A stretch of 64,000 nt of DNA, taken from contig NW_024704743.1 of the NCBI RefSeq assembly GCF_018977255.1, forward strand, positions 29,266,001 to 29,330,000, read 5' to 3'. A program made the translations under genes and the position numbers. The notes under the pieces were generated by a model that saw only the letters and a program-made list of their open reading frames with translations, searched no databases and was not told the origin of the DNA. Positions 37,055-50,378 of the stretch are shown in pieces; the first letter of the stretch is position 1, and each line of letters starts with the position of its first letter. This DNA is from Callorhinchus milii. Its lineage: Eukaryota.

Positions 37055-37340
37055 AGAGCTGCATTGTCTGAGGTGCTGTCCTTAGGTTAAGATGTCACAC
37101 CAAGTTCCAAACTATCTCAGATGGATGTTAAAAGATCCCACGACATGACTCAAAAAGAAAAGGGAGTTTCTTCCGGTGTCCTGCAGATAAACTGTTCAGA
37201 CACCTCATGGCTGTTTGCGGTACCTTGCGTGTGCAAAGTGACTGCTTCTTTTGCCTACAAAAACAGTAGGCAAAAATTACAGTCATTTCTGTAAAGTGCA
37301 TCATGACATTTTGAGGCACTATAAAAATGGAAGGTTTCTT
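37055..37340 (+). mobile_element. Old DeuSINE-like SINE, 5'-truncated
   Basis: GAGGTGCTGTCCTT..GGATGTTAAAAGATCCCAC..CCGGTGTCCTG..CATGGCTGTTTGCGG. Confidence 0.7.
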
Positions 37341-38224
37341 CCCCTTTTTTTTACATGGGCCATCTTTGAATTACCTGGTTTAATTTAGGAACTATGTATA
37401 AGAAGGCTTTGACTCACTGTGAGATTAAAAAAACTGAGCTGTGTGAAATCCTGGCTGAACATTTTAAGGGTTTCTCAGTGATTCCAGCTGTAACTACATG
37501 AATTTTATTTGGCTACTGGGTTTTTCCAGGTTTCGAGATGCTTATTAGTGAAACTGGACTTAGTGCTTTGACCAAGGGCGTGGACTCTTCCAACAGACTG
37601 ACATTTATTACGATACAATATAAAATTACATTTGTATAGCGCCTTTCACATCGAGAGGACGTCCCAAGGCGCTCTTAATGCCCCAAAAAGTGTGAAGAAT
37701 CGGTTGGCCACACACAACAAATGTTGTCCCTGGCATTTCCATAGTGCCGTGTGTGGTAGGTTATACCCAAATGGAGAAACAGGCCCTCAGTCAATCTGGT
37801 GGCAAACATAAGCCAGAAGGTTTTCTCAATATGCTGCTTGTATTCAATGATCCTCCTGGTGACCATGAAATACTAAAGTCCAACACATAACTATCCTTAG
37901 TCAGTCTTTTGTGCCTCATAGATTCAAAAGGACACTCAAGCTTGTGAGACTCGTGTTATTTTGTTGGGGGATTTGTTGGGGGAGCTTTCCAAAATGTTTA
38001 AAAGTCGTACTCATAACCTTGTTATATAACTTCACAATATTAACCCACTCATCCAAAGTGTGGTGATTCCTTGGTTAATGTGGTGCATTCTCTCTTGGCT
38101 ACGAGTCCTCGCTAACCCAATGTCCATCTGAAAGTAACAACTTCAATCAAAGTTTGGCGTAGCAACTCGGAGAGACCCAGAGTTAATACGACAGACCTAA
38201 AAATGGAGCAGCGTTTCCAAACTA

Positions 38225-38471
38225 TTTCAATTAGATATCCCATGGTACTATTTGAAAAGAGAATGGAGTTTTTCCCATTGTCCTGGCCAACAATCCCCGA
38301 GAAAAAAATGGTCATTCACTTCATGGCTATCAGTGGGACATTGGTGTGAGCAAATTGACTGCCGCATTCACGTGCATAAATATTCATACACTTCGCTGTA
38401 AAATCTTGTGAAGCACTTTGATAGGTTTCAATGATGAGATAAGGCGCTATATCAAATGCAAGGATTATTAT
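38225..38471 (+). mobile_element. Old DeuSINE-like SINE, 3' half
   Basis: TCCCATGGTACTATTTGAAAAGAG..TGTCCTGGCCAACAATCCCC..AAGGCGCTATATCAAATGCAAGGATTATTA. Confidence 0.8.
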
Positions 38472-38939
38472 AAAGGCAGGAAACTGCAGCATGTGAGGAA
38501 TGAGTCACAGAGGTAATTATCCAGCACAAGGCTAAGCAATCTATGCATCTCAGTGTTCAGTGTGCAAAACAACAAACGTCTATGGGTCTTAATAGCACCT
38601 TTGAGGTTTAGTGCAGGCGGACTCCATAGATGTTATCGGGGTCCTTCAAACACATCTATAAGCGCTCCAAGGAATTATAGCAGAAGTAAATACTTTATTC
38701 CCACTTGGTATCTTTTATCATCTGCATTTAAGCCTGAAATCCTTTGGCAGTGGTACACCCTAGAGTTTTGTTGCTTCTAGTGTTGATGTAAAATTGCTCC
38801 TCAACTTAACTGTGGATCTCAAAAGCCAAATGCAGAGTTTAAATTGAACGCAACATTCTGGACAGCTTTCTTGTCTGATGGAGCCATTAAAGATTAAACT
38901 GGAAAGGATGGCTGAATAATAATACCCTTAAAAAGATAA

Positions 38940-39254
38940 TGGGACTAAACCATTGGGACCAGAAAGTCCCAGGTTGGGTCTAAGGCTATGTTGAGAGCTG
39001 ATAGCAGCCATCACAGCTGTCAGAGCATCATGATTTACTTGGTATTCCTCGGTTGGGGGGGGGGGGGGGGGGCTGGGGTGGACCATAAGGGAATTGAAAA
39101 TATCTGTCATGGTTCCTGCTTCTAATTGCTAACCAGTGACCCTTGCTGGAAAGTGTATACATCAACCTGGGGAAACGATAGTTTGGAACTTGGCTTTCAA
39201 GTTCCCCATGGTCGACTCAATGCCTGATGCTCACTGGCCAGCTTCACATATGAA
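38940..39254 (+). mobile_element. Family B SINE-like relic containing a poly-G run
   Basis: ACCAGAAAGTCCCAGGTT..CCAGTGACCCTTGCTGGAAAGTGT..CTCACTGG..CACATATGAA, similar to the 1482 copy. Confidence 0.55.
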
Positions 39255-39511
39255 AATAATAATAATCCTTGCATTTGATATAGCAACTTTTATGTCGCGA
39301 GGACATCTCAAAGTCATTAATAGGATTTACTGTGTAGTGTTGTCACTGTGTACTTTGTAGGCGAACACGACAGTAATGTCCCACAAACAGCCATAAAGTG
39401 AATGACCGATTTTATTTAAGGGATTGTTGGCCAGGACACCGGGAGAAACTCGTTTTACTTTTTTGAATACTGCCGTGGGATCTTTAATATCCACCTGAAC
39501 AGACAGATGGG
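39255..39511 (-). mobile_element. Old DeuSINE-like SINE, 3' half
   Basis: TTGGCCAGGACACCGGGAGAAACTC..TGCCGTGGGATCTTTAATATCCACCTGAACAGACAGA. Confidence 0.8.
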
Positions 39512-40299
39512 CAAAAAAACGTTAGTACTCTATGGTGAGTTATGGTAACTGTGAAATTGTATCTTAGCGAGATTAGAAAGAGGAAGGGAGGGTCTATTTT
39601 TCTAGTTCCTTGACACATTACATAAAAATGTAAATGAATGTATTTTCATCTCTTTTTGCTGCGGGGTTTAGAGTAATTCAAATCTGCTTTGCCCATTTCC
39701 TTTTGACCAAGTTAAAAACTTGCCAGCAATGCAGAGTTTGCACGGAAACACCCTCAGAACTTAACACAGACCAGAATAGACGTGCCCACCCTCTGCCACA
39801 TTGAGAAAATATTTGGAGAAAGATTTTTTTAAAAAACCACTCACAAAAAAAACTTTCGGAAGAACAACTTGTGCAGAATATGCCTAACGAAGGACACTGT
39901 AGACCTGGAAACATTTGAAAACAAGGCTCTTCTGTTCTGCTGCTGCTGTGAAACGGTGCTGGTTTAGGCTTTGATTGAATCTCCCTCACGGTTGAGGTGG
40001 GGTCCCCAATTAGTGGTTTAAGGAGAGCAGTTTGTTCTGAAAAATGGCCACATAGCCATTACAGCTTCCAGGACTGAACTCAAACTCTGCTGGTAACAAG
40101 ACTTTCCATCGGTATCTGTGGCCTGGCATAATTTACAAACTTTTCCAGTTTTTTTATTTAAAAAAGTTTGAAGTCAATTTCACTTTTTTTATAAGCTCCT
40201 AAACCATGGTAAGTAGCATGTTAGACTTAAACTTTCCAACAACAGAAACTTGTAACTTTTACTGACCTATACAGTCATCCCAGGGACTACACTATATCT

Positions 40300-40982
40300 C
40301 CTCCAACAGCACCTCAGGGCTCTATTCTCAGACTTCCTGAAGGCATGGTCGAAAAGGAGGGCCTTGAGATGGGTTTTGAAGGCGGCAAAGGAGGGGCGAC
40401 GCGGAGGGACTGTGGGATGGAGTTCCAGAGGGTGGGGGCACTATCTCCTAACCGCCACCCTTGATACCAGGACCACTGTTGTTTTGACTGATTGCCTGTT
40501 ACACATCAAGTCCTGGATGAGCTCTAACTTTCTACTGCTAATTCTCAAGAAGTCTGAGGCTCTCTCCATCAGAATCTTTTCACCGCAAGCGCTGACCACA
40601 TGGACCTCCACGGATGCTCGCTCTACCTCGTAGTGTGCCGGTGCGATCTTGGTGTCCTAATCAGCCCCCAACTATCCTTAAATCCTTACAATTAGGTTTT
40701 CTCTTGCTCTGCTTTCCCTCAACTCCACAACATCACTTGCTCTACTACCTCTTACCTCAGGCTGCCGAGACCCTCATCCCTGCCCATCTATCTCACTCTC
40801 TGGAATGCCATCCTGGAGCCCCTCCATTAAGCCTCAAAATCCACCACAAGGCTCATCTCTTTGATTGCGTTTCGGCCACCTTTCTTTCCCTTCAGATCGG
40901 GCTCCTAGTTGTTTGTGTGAAGTGCTTTGACACATCCTCCTGAGGTGAGAAGTGCTGTATAAGTGCAAATTGTTGTTGCTGT
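40300..40982 (+). mobile_element. Decayed L2 LINE fragment with an internal inverted L2 segment (about 40336-40439)
   Basis: + frames PQGSIL and YLLTATLDTRTTVVLTDCLLHIKSWMSSNFL..KSEAL plus L2 tail; 40336-40439 matches the minus-strand L2 3' region seen at 33775-33875. Confidence 0.7.
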
Positions 40983-41724
40983 AGGGTGATGTGGAAGTCG
41001 TGACTTTCTTGTCTCACTCATTTGCAACCTTAACTTGGGAGCTCGTCACCAGAATTCATTCAGAACTGACAACTGGTAGAGGTTTATTCCTGTGATTGTG
41101 TACATTTCTTCCTTGCAAACTCAAAAAGCCGTGCTTAGAAATAGCTCTTCACAACCATTTCATTTTGCTTGAAAGAGCCATCTTTTTCAGCTACAGTGGT
41201 AGCAACAGACATCAGTAATCCAATGATTTCTCTGATAAAACGTCTAAGCAGCTGGGATTTTTTTTGGAGGGAGGAAAGAGGTTATACATGTTGTCTCCCT
41301 CGGTTAAAAATAATACTTTGCACTTCACCTAACCTGGAGGTAGTATATACATCCTTTCTGGCCTAAAGAATGGCCAGTATGGATTGGTTCCTCCTCTGTC
41401 AACAAAGCTAGGTATATACTCCCTGGAGAACAAGCAAGAGATACCTTGGTGGATTCCATCTCACTCCATATGAGGGTGCCTGAACTTCACTCTGGGTCAC
41501 TTCCTGATGGCATAATCCAGTAGTCCATCGTGCCTTTGGTAGTGCTAGTATCCTCACTACAGTTGTCCATTCTGATCCCATTCCCCTTGTTCTAACCCCA
41601 TAACCTTTAATATTATTTCCCCTGAAGTATTCATTCAGTTCCTTTTAAAATGCTGTTTATAGACTCGGCTCCAACAGCCATTTGTGTTGAAGCATTTCAT
41701 ATTGCAATAAATGGGCCAATAGGA

Positions 41725-41894
41725 CCACTGTTTAACATCTCAACTGAAAGATGGCACCTCTGACAATGCAGCACTCAGCCAGAACTGAACTGACATGTCA
41801 GACTAGACTAAGAACATAAGTCTGATATGAGGCTTGAATCCACAACTTTCTGACCTGACTCAGTCGTAAGAATGCTACCAATTCAGCCAAGCTG
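41725..41894 (-). mobile_element. Old DeuSINE-like SINE, 5' half
   Basis: TTTAACATCTCAACTGAAAGATGGCACCTCTGACAATGCAGCACTC..GCTACCAATTCAGCCAAG. Confidence 0.7.
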
Positions 41895-43954
41895 ACATAA
41901 GAAATGTTAGCTATGCTAAACATGATCGATTGTTTAAGTTAATTGAATCACTACAAAATAGGATAAGGAAACACATTTATTGAAATGGCTTTCTTTGTTA
42001 ATGAGCACATTACTTCTTTAACACAGGAGAACTGTATAACATGCTGTAAATAGCTTTTTCCACTAGTGGGAAACATAGGTGCATTTTCATCTATACTGAC
42101 ATTGTGTCTCTAAGGAAGTTGATAGTGGCACTGAGGTCCTGTTTAATTTGGGCACTTGTATATTTACTGAGTCATAAGGTTAAAAAATAAATAACTTTAC
42201 AATACAGATCTCTTTTCAAATTCAAAAAAACAATCTTTTATTTAAAAAAATAAAGGGAAATTTTACTTCAGTGGTGAAAAGGTCAAAGTAGAATTAAAAA
42301 CATGTTATTAACTGAAACCTCTTGAGAGACAATGATATTTAATATATGTCAGTTGGGTTGTGAAGGAAATAGTTATGATCAAAATGTGACACATCCAGGG
42401 AAATCTGTCTTTGTCTATCTCTACTGCTATCAACCAAATCACATTCATACTCGGTATAAAACTCGCTGAAGGAAGGAAGTCTTTAACTGGTGAAGATGAC
42501 ATAACAGTGCTGAGCAAAATCATTGGCAGCTACTCTGCACCAATCTGTGGATACTTGTACAAAGGACGGAAAATTGCTGGCGCCACTGGGCCCCAGTCCG
42601 GATCACCCCACAGCTGAAAATACGAAATGCTATGCCATGATAACGAATGGGCTGCAGGAAGATGAGGGTGGTATGAGCCCCTGCATGCATTAATCACCCG
42701 GGGCAAAAGGGCTGCTGCTGACATTCAGCTTTCACAGCACAAACTACTTGAGAGATGGTCTTCTTTTTCCGAGGGGAGGCAACAGAATAACATTAAAGGC
42801 ATCAAATATCCTCGCTGGTGTAGTATGGAAAGCTCATCTGGGAGGTGACAGGATGAAATGTGAAACCTGCAGAAGCACTTAGAGACAATGAGGAGCAATT
42901 TGTGACTGAGTGGAGCAAGAAAGGTGGAGGTGAAAAGCAGCCGGGTAAAGATAGACTTTTACAGAAGGCTCAGCATTTTTGTAAGGGGATGTAGCAATCG
43001 TTTGCACTGGCAATAAACAGCAAATCACCCGTTAACCATTTCCTCCTAGTAGGCTACTTTTTGAAAAAACAAATGAAAAGAAACAACTTTATTGGTACTT
43101 TATGAAGTTGAAAAACAATTTAAATGACTACAAAGGGTTAACACACAGACTTTTAAAAAAATTAACCTCTACACTAACAGATGCATTTCCTTGCACTTGT
43201 GTGTGCATTTACAACTGCCTTTGTCTAAATACTTGTTGCATGAAAGTAGCTCACCGTGCACATTCAAACACTCAACCTCTGATTACCTCTCACAATGCTT
43301 TCTAGCTGTTAAACACAGAGCTTATGCACTGAATGAAGCCTGCACTCCTTCCAACTTTTATTTAGGTCTTGGCAGTTTAATATTTGTACCTGGACTACTC
43401 TCGGATTTTGTTTCTACAAATATTAAACTTTTAGGAATATTTTTAGGTTTTTTTTAGGTACTTTTTTCCCAATCTATTCAGTTAATAGGCTAATAATACA
43501 ATGTGGATGCCAAGACAGAATTCTACATTGTGATTTATTTTCACTTCTCCTCCCACTTTCCCGCCTCCCCACAGATCCACAGTGTTGCATTTCTGCAACT
43601 CCTGGTAATTTAACTGCCAACTCCCTCAGGATAGAGGGTTAACCTAATGTCAGATGCAGCAGGTTATGACTTCCATGTACGTCTATCAGCCTGCTCCAGT
43701 TGGAATCCATCGTGTGTGGAGGATGGCAGTGGATTGAAGGAGGGGGAGGTGGCTGGAGACTCTTTAGATTACTTAATGCAGATTCCCACTACAATGAGAC
43801 CCACCTTTTAATGCTTCCTTCCATATTCTGACAATGATTTTTTTGCTGCCACATATTGTGTGGTATATGGTTCGCTGACAAAATACAGTTGCTACACTTT
43901 ACAATAAATCCTGTGAAGCACTTTGAGACATCTCCCTGATGTGAAAGGGGAAAC

Positions 43955-44312
43955 ATAAAGTGACTGTATATTTGTAGGCAAATGCAGCATCCATTTTCGC
44001 ACAATAATGTCCCACAAAGTGCCATGAAGTGAATGAGTGAATGACCATATTTTCTATCTGGGTTTGTTGGCCAGGACACCAGAAGAAACTCCCTTCTCTT
44101 TTTCAATCGTGCCATGGGATCGTCAACATCCACTTGAAGAGGCAGACAGAACCTCTACTTAACATCTCATACAAAGAATACCTCTGTCAATGCAGGGCTC
44201 CCTAGCACTGCACTGGAGAGTAAGCCTAGACTATGAGCTCATAGACCAAACGCTGGGTTTTGGACTTCATAATCTTTTGACTCAGAGGTGCGAGTGCTAC
44301 CAGTTGACCCAG
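43955..44312 (-). mobile_element. Old DeuSINE-like SINE
   Basis: TTGGCCAGGACACCAGAAGAAACTCCC..GTGCCATGGGATC..GACTCAGAGGTGCGAGTGCTACCAGTTGA. Confidence 0.8.
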
Positions 44313-44497
44313 GATGACATTATTATTAATGTGGTATTAATTCATTCCAATCCACTTACCGATGTAAAGTTGTTTCAGAGAGCGGTTTGTTTTTGTGCTG
44401 TTTCATAAGCAATTTATACCACTCAGTCAACAGGGGGAGTGCAGTAGTTACTGACGTGTGGGTGTCATTCTCGCCACCGAAGAACAGAGGTATGTGG

Positions 44498-44820
44498 GAA
44501 TCATAGAATTATACAGCATAGAAGACAGTCATTCGGCCCATTATGGCTGTGCCGGCTCTTTGAAAAGAGCTGCCTAAATCAATCCCACTCCCCCGCTCTC
44601 TCCCCATAGCCCTGCAAACGTGTCCTCCCCAAATAATTATCTACTTCTCTCTTAAAAGTTGTTATCGAATCGGCTTCCACCACTCTTTCAGGCAATGCAT
44701 TCCAGATCCGAACAACTCATGTGAAAAAACTTCTCCTCACCTCCCCTCTGTTTCTTTTAAACTATTTTAAATCGGTGTCCTCGGGTACCGACCTGCCCGC
44801 CAGTGGAAATAGCTTCTTCG
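44498..44820 (-). mobile_element. CR1 3' end fragment
   Basis: GAATCATAGAAT tail repeat; CATTCGGCCCATTATGGCTGTGCCGGCTC..TCCCCATAGCCCTGCAA..GCTTCCACCACTCTTTCAGGCAATGCATTCCAGATCC. Confidence 0.8.
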
Positions 44821-45948
44821 CTGCGCAGTCATTACAGGTAAAACAGCAAGCTTTTTCTCTATGGTGACCCTGTGTTCCCCTGTGCTCACCAATGCTGATC
44901 GATAGTCAAACTTATCATCACCATTTTGAGGAACTGATGGCACTGCTTTTAGAAGCGCTTCATGTTGCAGTTCCGACCTCTGATTCCTGCCGAGTTTACT
45001 GTAACAAAATCTGCCCACTGAAATGCTGTTCTCTATCCAGCGCCTTGGGACGTCCTCCCGACGTAAATGTAATCTTGTTGTTGTTGTTGTCCCGGGCTCT
45101 AGCACGTGCATTGACGACTTACAATTATATAATATTTTTCGTGTAAAGAAGAAATGTCTCAAAGCACTTTGCAGAGTGAGATTAATTAGAAATTAGATGA
45201 ATGTTGTTTCTTCAGCAATACAGTACAGATCTAAATTAATAAATCAATTGAAAAAGGGTAATACGACCTGGAAAAAGATAATAAACTTGGCTTAATGTAG
45301 GTCGCTGTTATTTATGCAACCACAGTAGATCTGTGTCATAAATGGGTATTTGCTCTCTCTCTTCCCTCCTCACTGGGAAGCAGTCAAATCTAGACAATGC
45401 ATCAACTTCTCAATGAGAATATACAAGTGTTTCAGGAAGCAGAGAGACTCGACTTTCCCTACGGAGGAGGCACTCATGTATTAGAGACAGTTCTTAAGAT
45501 GGGTAAATGGCACAATATTGTGAACAATGACACAATGGTTTCATTACGTCCACTACCGCAGCATTTACTAAAAAGTGAGACCGCAACTACACAAGCTGTA
45601 TTGTAAAACATTTTGACTGCAGTAAATCCAGTGGCTGCTGCAGCACAGCTTCCCCAAGAGGTTAATGTGGTGCCACAGCTGTGGAGTTTCCTGGGGAGGC
45701 TGTTTCTGGAACTGAAAACTCCTCACTGAGACAATCCCATAGGGGAAGGACTGCCATAACCCCTGAGCACTGCATTGGCAATAAGCAGAGAACACATGTA
45801 TTTATTACAATTTGTTATGAAGGCAGTAAACAAAGGTCTCTGAGCAGTTAAGCACTCAGTTTTTTTATGCAACCTGAATTGAGAGCAAATTTATCCATAA
45901 AACAAACTGCAAAGCACGATTTGTGCCTTATAAATCACTGTAGTCCTG

Positions 45949-46266
45949 GGCTCCTTTCCTGGCTTAATGGACTGAATGCGTATAATAGTGAGATAACAGT
46001 GAAGCCAGAGGGATCAGAAAGGTCTCATATTTGAACCTAAGTCTGCGCTGAGTTAGCTGACCTCAGTTGGGGCAGCACCCAGGCTATTCCCACCACCAAA
46101 ATGGGTGAAGACAGGATTAGACTTGACTGCAAAGACTCAGTCACTGAATAGCTCACCAGCTCACGCTGGTTTACAAATGAAGAATGATCATTTGAGTGAG
46201 GTGCTCAAAGACTTTCAGAGTCTAGGGAACTGTGCAGCACAAGCCACCTCTTCAGGAGAGAAAGGG
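45949..46266 (+). mobile_element. Family B SINE-like relic
   Basis: GTCTGCGCTGAGTTAGCTGACCTCAG..GGGTGAAGACAGGATTAGACTTG..ATGAAGAATGATCATTTGAGTGAGGT..CTTCAGGAGAG. Confidence 0.6.
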
Positions 46267-49200
46267 AATATAAATACAGTACAGTCTTCTCTTTGTGTGT
46301 CTATACCAAAGGAGCTTCCAGCTTAGTGATGTATTATAATTTAACTTGTGAGAGCACGCTGGCTGAACAGAGGATGAGGGGAAGAAATTTTTTTAAAAAA
46401 GACCACACATTTCTTTTACAAACTGGAGAAAACGAGTATCTCGCCCTCGAAAGTCTTGCCCTCGTGTACACAGACCCAAAAAGGGCAACAGTGATAGTTG
46501 TGGGTGGCAATATTCTCTTTTCCCAAGTCTATAATAAAATCTCAGCATGTGGTAATCTCAAGCTGACTATTCAGTAAAAAGGCCCAGACGAGTACACATG
46601 TACAGGAAGTATAAAGATATTTCTGTTTAAAAAACACAGAGCTAAGTCTAATAATTGTAACATTCTTTGAAAACCCATTCGAACCGTAAAATTCTAAAAC
46701 ACTTTGACAAACAAGGTATTACTTTCATTGAAAGTTCCAATTAAATTTTACTTTTGATACAAAACAAACAATGAAACTGGCTGGAGGTTTAAAGTTTGTA
46801 GCTCGCAAGTGCAGGGGATATTTTTAATGGATGACCAGAGATGACTAATACAAGTAAATGACTGCATTTCATTTTTACAGGACCCATTTTCGGTGCAACA
46901 ATTGATGTAATTAATTTAAAATAGCAGCAGGAACAACAAAAATTTGCATTTATAAAGCACACTTCGCACAGGATAGCATCTCAGAGCACTGAAACCAAAG
47001 GATACCCAGCAGAGTTCACCAGGTGAAACACAGAAATTCTAGTTTATGGTCACTGAACAGAATTATTTTCTCCTTTGGAAATACCTACGAACAAGATTTT
47101 ACTTTGGAAAAACATTCTCGGGAACTTTTTGAAGACAGAAAGACTATATTTTGAAGAGAAAACAACTAAGATTTTACTGAGCATGTAAGTTGAAGGAATA
47201 GGTAATGTGTTATTGTTTTCTAGAAAATGGGTTTTAAAACAATTAAATGTTATAGTCATTGCCACAGTTAGCTTGATTTTGTTCTGTTAAAATACAGGAG
47301 CAAATTTATTCTGCTGACAGAAGCCCAGCTGATCCCCTTTGTTTCCAATTCTTAGCATTTGGGAACTTGTTTTTGCTAACTGCTATTATTTGGTCTCTGG
47401 CTAGGTTTTTGCTGCATTTTCACCAAGGCATATGAAGAGCTGGAAAATGGAATTACAGTATCTGGAACATACGTGGGAATAAATATATGCACCTTCATAG
47501 TATTTACCCTGTGTTACTTTCGGCTTTAGGCAATTTGAGTGAAAAAACAACTCCTTCTGCAGTGCCATATGGATTGACAACATGCAACTTTATTCAGATA
47601 AAATATCTGTGTAATTCTGTCACTAAAATAATACATTATAGATAGAGAATAAGACTGCAAATCAGACCCCGATTTTGTGTTCATATTTCAAACTTTGCAC
47701 ATCACAGAGTATTCAAAAATAACTATCTTAGAAAACAAAAGCATTATTGGTATTTCACTTGAATTGATGTAACTCAAGTGTAACAATAGCAGAAATATAT
47801 TGGAAGAATCTTTTCTGTATGACATGAGCATGAGAGGTGGTGGGTGATAAGTCCTAGTCATGCAAAGATTCCACAGTAAGCTCACGATTTTGCTGTGTGT
47901 ATTCAACCTGAAGGAAACATGTTGCAGCCCCTTCTGTCTGACAAATGAAAATACTGTACAATATAATAATCCTTGCATTTGATATAGTGCCTCATCACGT
48001 TGTTGAGATGTCTTGAAGTGCTTCGCAGGAGATACAATGTAAACTATATATTTTGTAGGCAAATCATTTTTTCATGTGCTACAGAGCCCATGTTAACTGC
48101 ATGTAGTGCAACTACATGCACTTGCCAACTTGGAAAGCCCATTGTGAATTTGTTTAATCTTGCAGCATCGCCAAGTCAACCTTTAAGCACTTTGAGATGT
48201 CCTCCTGACATGGAGGCACTATATAAATGTAAATTGTATAAACTCTATTGTAAAGTCAATATGTCTGTCACAATAAACTGGTAAAATTCTCGCTGTAGTA
48301 CTATTTCTTGAAACACTTATTATTTGTCTTCTGTTTTGAAGCATTTGTTGAAACTTGCTGTAAGAGGCCACTTACCCCATTAATCATACACTACAAATAA
48401 AATGGCAGTACTTTCTTTTCCTTCTAAAACAAATAATGAATAGGTACATCTGACTTCCTGGTATAATCGTGCCTGTGAATTTGATCTCTCAAACAATTCA
48501 ACATAGTTTGGCATCATTTTGTGTTCAAAACATCTAAACAATAATCATTCAACTTGGGAACATTGTCACTTGGGACGTTTCATAATTTACAGTATAAAAT
48601 CCTTGGCAAAATAAAGTAAATGGTGCTTTTAGCATATAACGTCCATCACGGAGATAAATAAAACATGCAAATTGAGAAAGCTGCCAAATTGAATCCATCA
48701 AATTCGGTTGCAAAAGGGTTAAAACCAAGAGGCCGTTATTAGCAGATTGTGTTGAAATCTTCCTGTTGGGAGTTCCTTTGAGAAAGAGTGGGAAAGGAAC
48801 AGTATTAATAGCTGCTGCCTTGCTGCATTTTCCCACAGGCCTGGACAGGATCTCCAGATCAGCTTTGCCTTATGAAAAGGCGATCTGAACCCCAGAGCGC
48901 ACTGGAAATAATGCAGGGCCTCATGCAGAGGAAGCACAGTGTTCTCAGAAATAAGTCCAGTAAGGTGCGGACTTACTCTGATCCCCCAGCTTCCTCGCAC
49001 ACTCTACTAAATATTTGTGTGTCTATTTAATAATGTTACAGGACTTTCCGCAATGACTCTTCACTTAACACCACCCCCGCACCAAATGTGACCCCCAGAT
49101 AGCACTGACGGCAGGGCAGGGCACACACAGGTTTTTAATTAGTTTGGCTCAGCAATGTTGGTTGCATTTTCCTCCAATGCCTGAAGCCTGCTGTACAGAT

Positions 49201-49568
49201 CTGATAAAAGTACGACTCTTTGTTTTCAGAGTTTCGCTGAATCAAGAGTCAGCTGATTGAGCATTACTGACAAGGCTAGATGATGAAGCACCAAAACTGC
49301 AATTGAATTCAATCAGAGCAAGCGGCTCCACTCAAAATTGCTAAATTGTTTAAAATGATTCAAAGAGGAATTCAGTATAATCAGAAGAATCTGGAGTATT
49401 TGCCATTTCTTCAGGCTGTTAAGTACCAAATGGAACTGAGATTGTTGTTTAGGTATATATATATTTCTGATCTTGAGACTGAATGCTTCATGTGCTGAAA
49501 TTGATTGGCTTCTTTCAAGAAGTGTGATGATGAGATTCAGTTAGTACTAGAGACATGAGTTTCTATTG

Positions 49569-49755
49569 ATAATAATAATCCTTGCATTTGATAAAGCGCT
49601 TTTCACATCGGGAGGACGTCCCAAAGCGCTTCACAGAACACACTGTAAAGTGAATTGATTGTATATTTGTGGGCGAAATTTCGCCCTGTCTGGAATTGGA
49701 ACTCAGATCTCTCGCTTGCAAAGTGAGTGCTCTGACCACTGAGCTACAGGACTCC
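49569..49755 (-). mobile_element. Young tRNA-Ala SINE with about 128-nt internal deletion
   Basis: Head and tail near consensus, joined at GGGCGAAA/TTTCGCCC (49671-49686). Confidence 0.88.
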
Positions 49756-50012
49756 ATGAATGATCTGATAGACTGCTGCTGAAATTTAGTCAAGGCTCCA
49801 GTGCAGTGGAGGGGAGAACAGCAGTGTTTGAGGCGCTGTCTTTCAGTTTCATCTGTCCCTTCTTCAGATGAGTGTTAAAGATACTATTTGAAAATAGACA
49901 GGAGTTTCTCCTAGTATCCTGTCCAACAATTCTCCAGATTAATTGACCATTTACTTAATGGCTATTTGTGGGACCTTGCTGATATTAGCGATAAAAATTC
50001 ACTCAATGCACT

Positions 50013-50378
50013 TAATAATAATAATCCTTGCATCTGATACTGTGCTGATCACGTTGTTGAGACGTTTCAAAGCACTTCACAAAATATAGTGTAAAGTAGA
50101 TTGACTGTATCTTTGTGGGTTTTTCGAAAAGTGGCAGCCAATTGCACACAGCAGTGTCCCACAAACAGTCATGGATTGAATGACCACATTTGTTTTGTCG
50201 GGATTTTTATCCCCGAAATGTAATCCGCCAATTGACTAACAACTGGGTTCCCAGGTTACTATTAGGTAAATGGAGGGTGAGGAGTAAGGAAACTTCCTAC
50301 TGTTCCTCCCTACCCGGAATTGAACCCGGATCCTCTCACTTGCGAGGCAAATGTGCTAACCACTATGCTACGGGACTC
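50013..50378 (-). mobile_element. tRNA-Ala SINE, long (older) subfamily
   Basis: Contains the extra segment AATCCGCCAATTGACTAACAACTGGGTTCCCAGGTTACTATTAGGTAAATGGAGG as in the 24570 copy. Confidence 0.8.

Noticed and set aside
37690..37960. Possible Penelope GIY-YIG C-terminal relic on the minus strand (..QHIEKTFWLMFATRLTEGL..)
   Set aside because: Similarity too weak to support without a profile search
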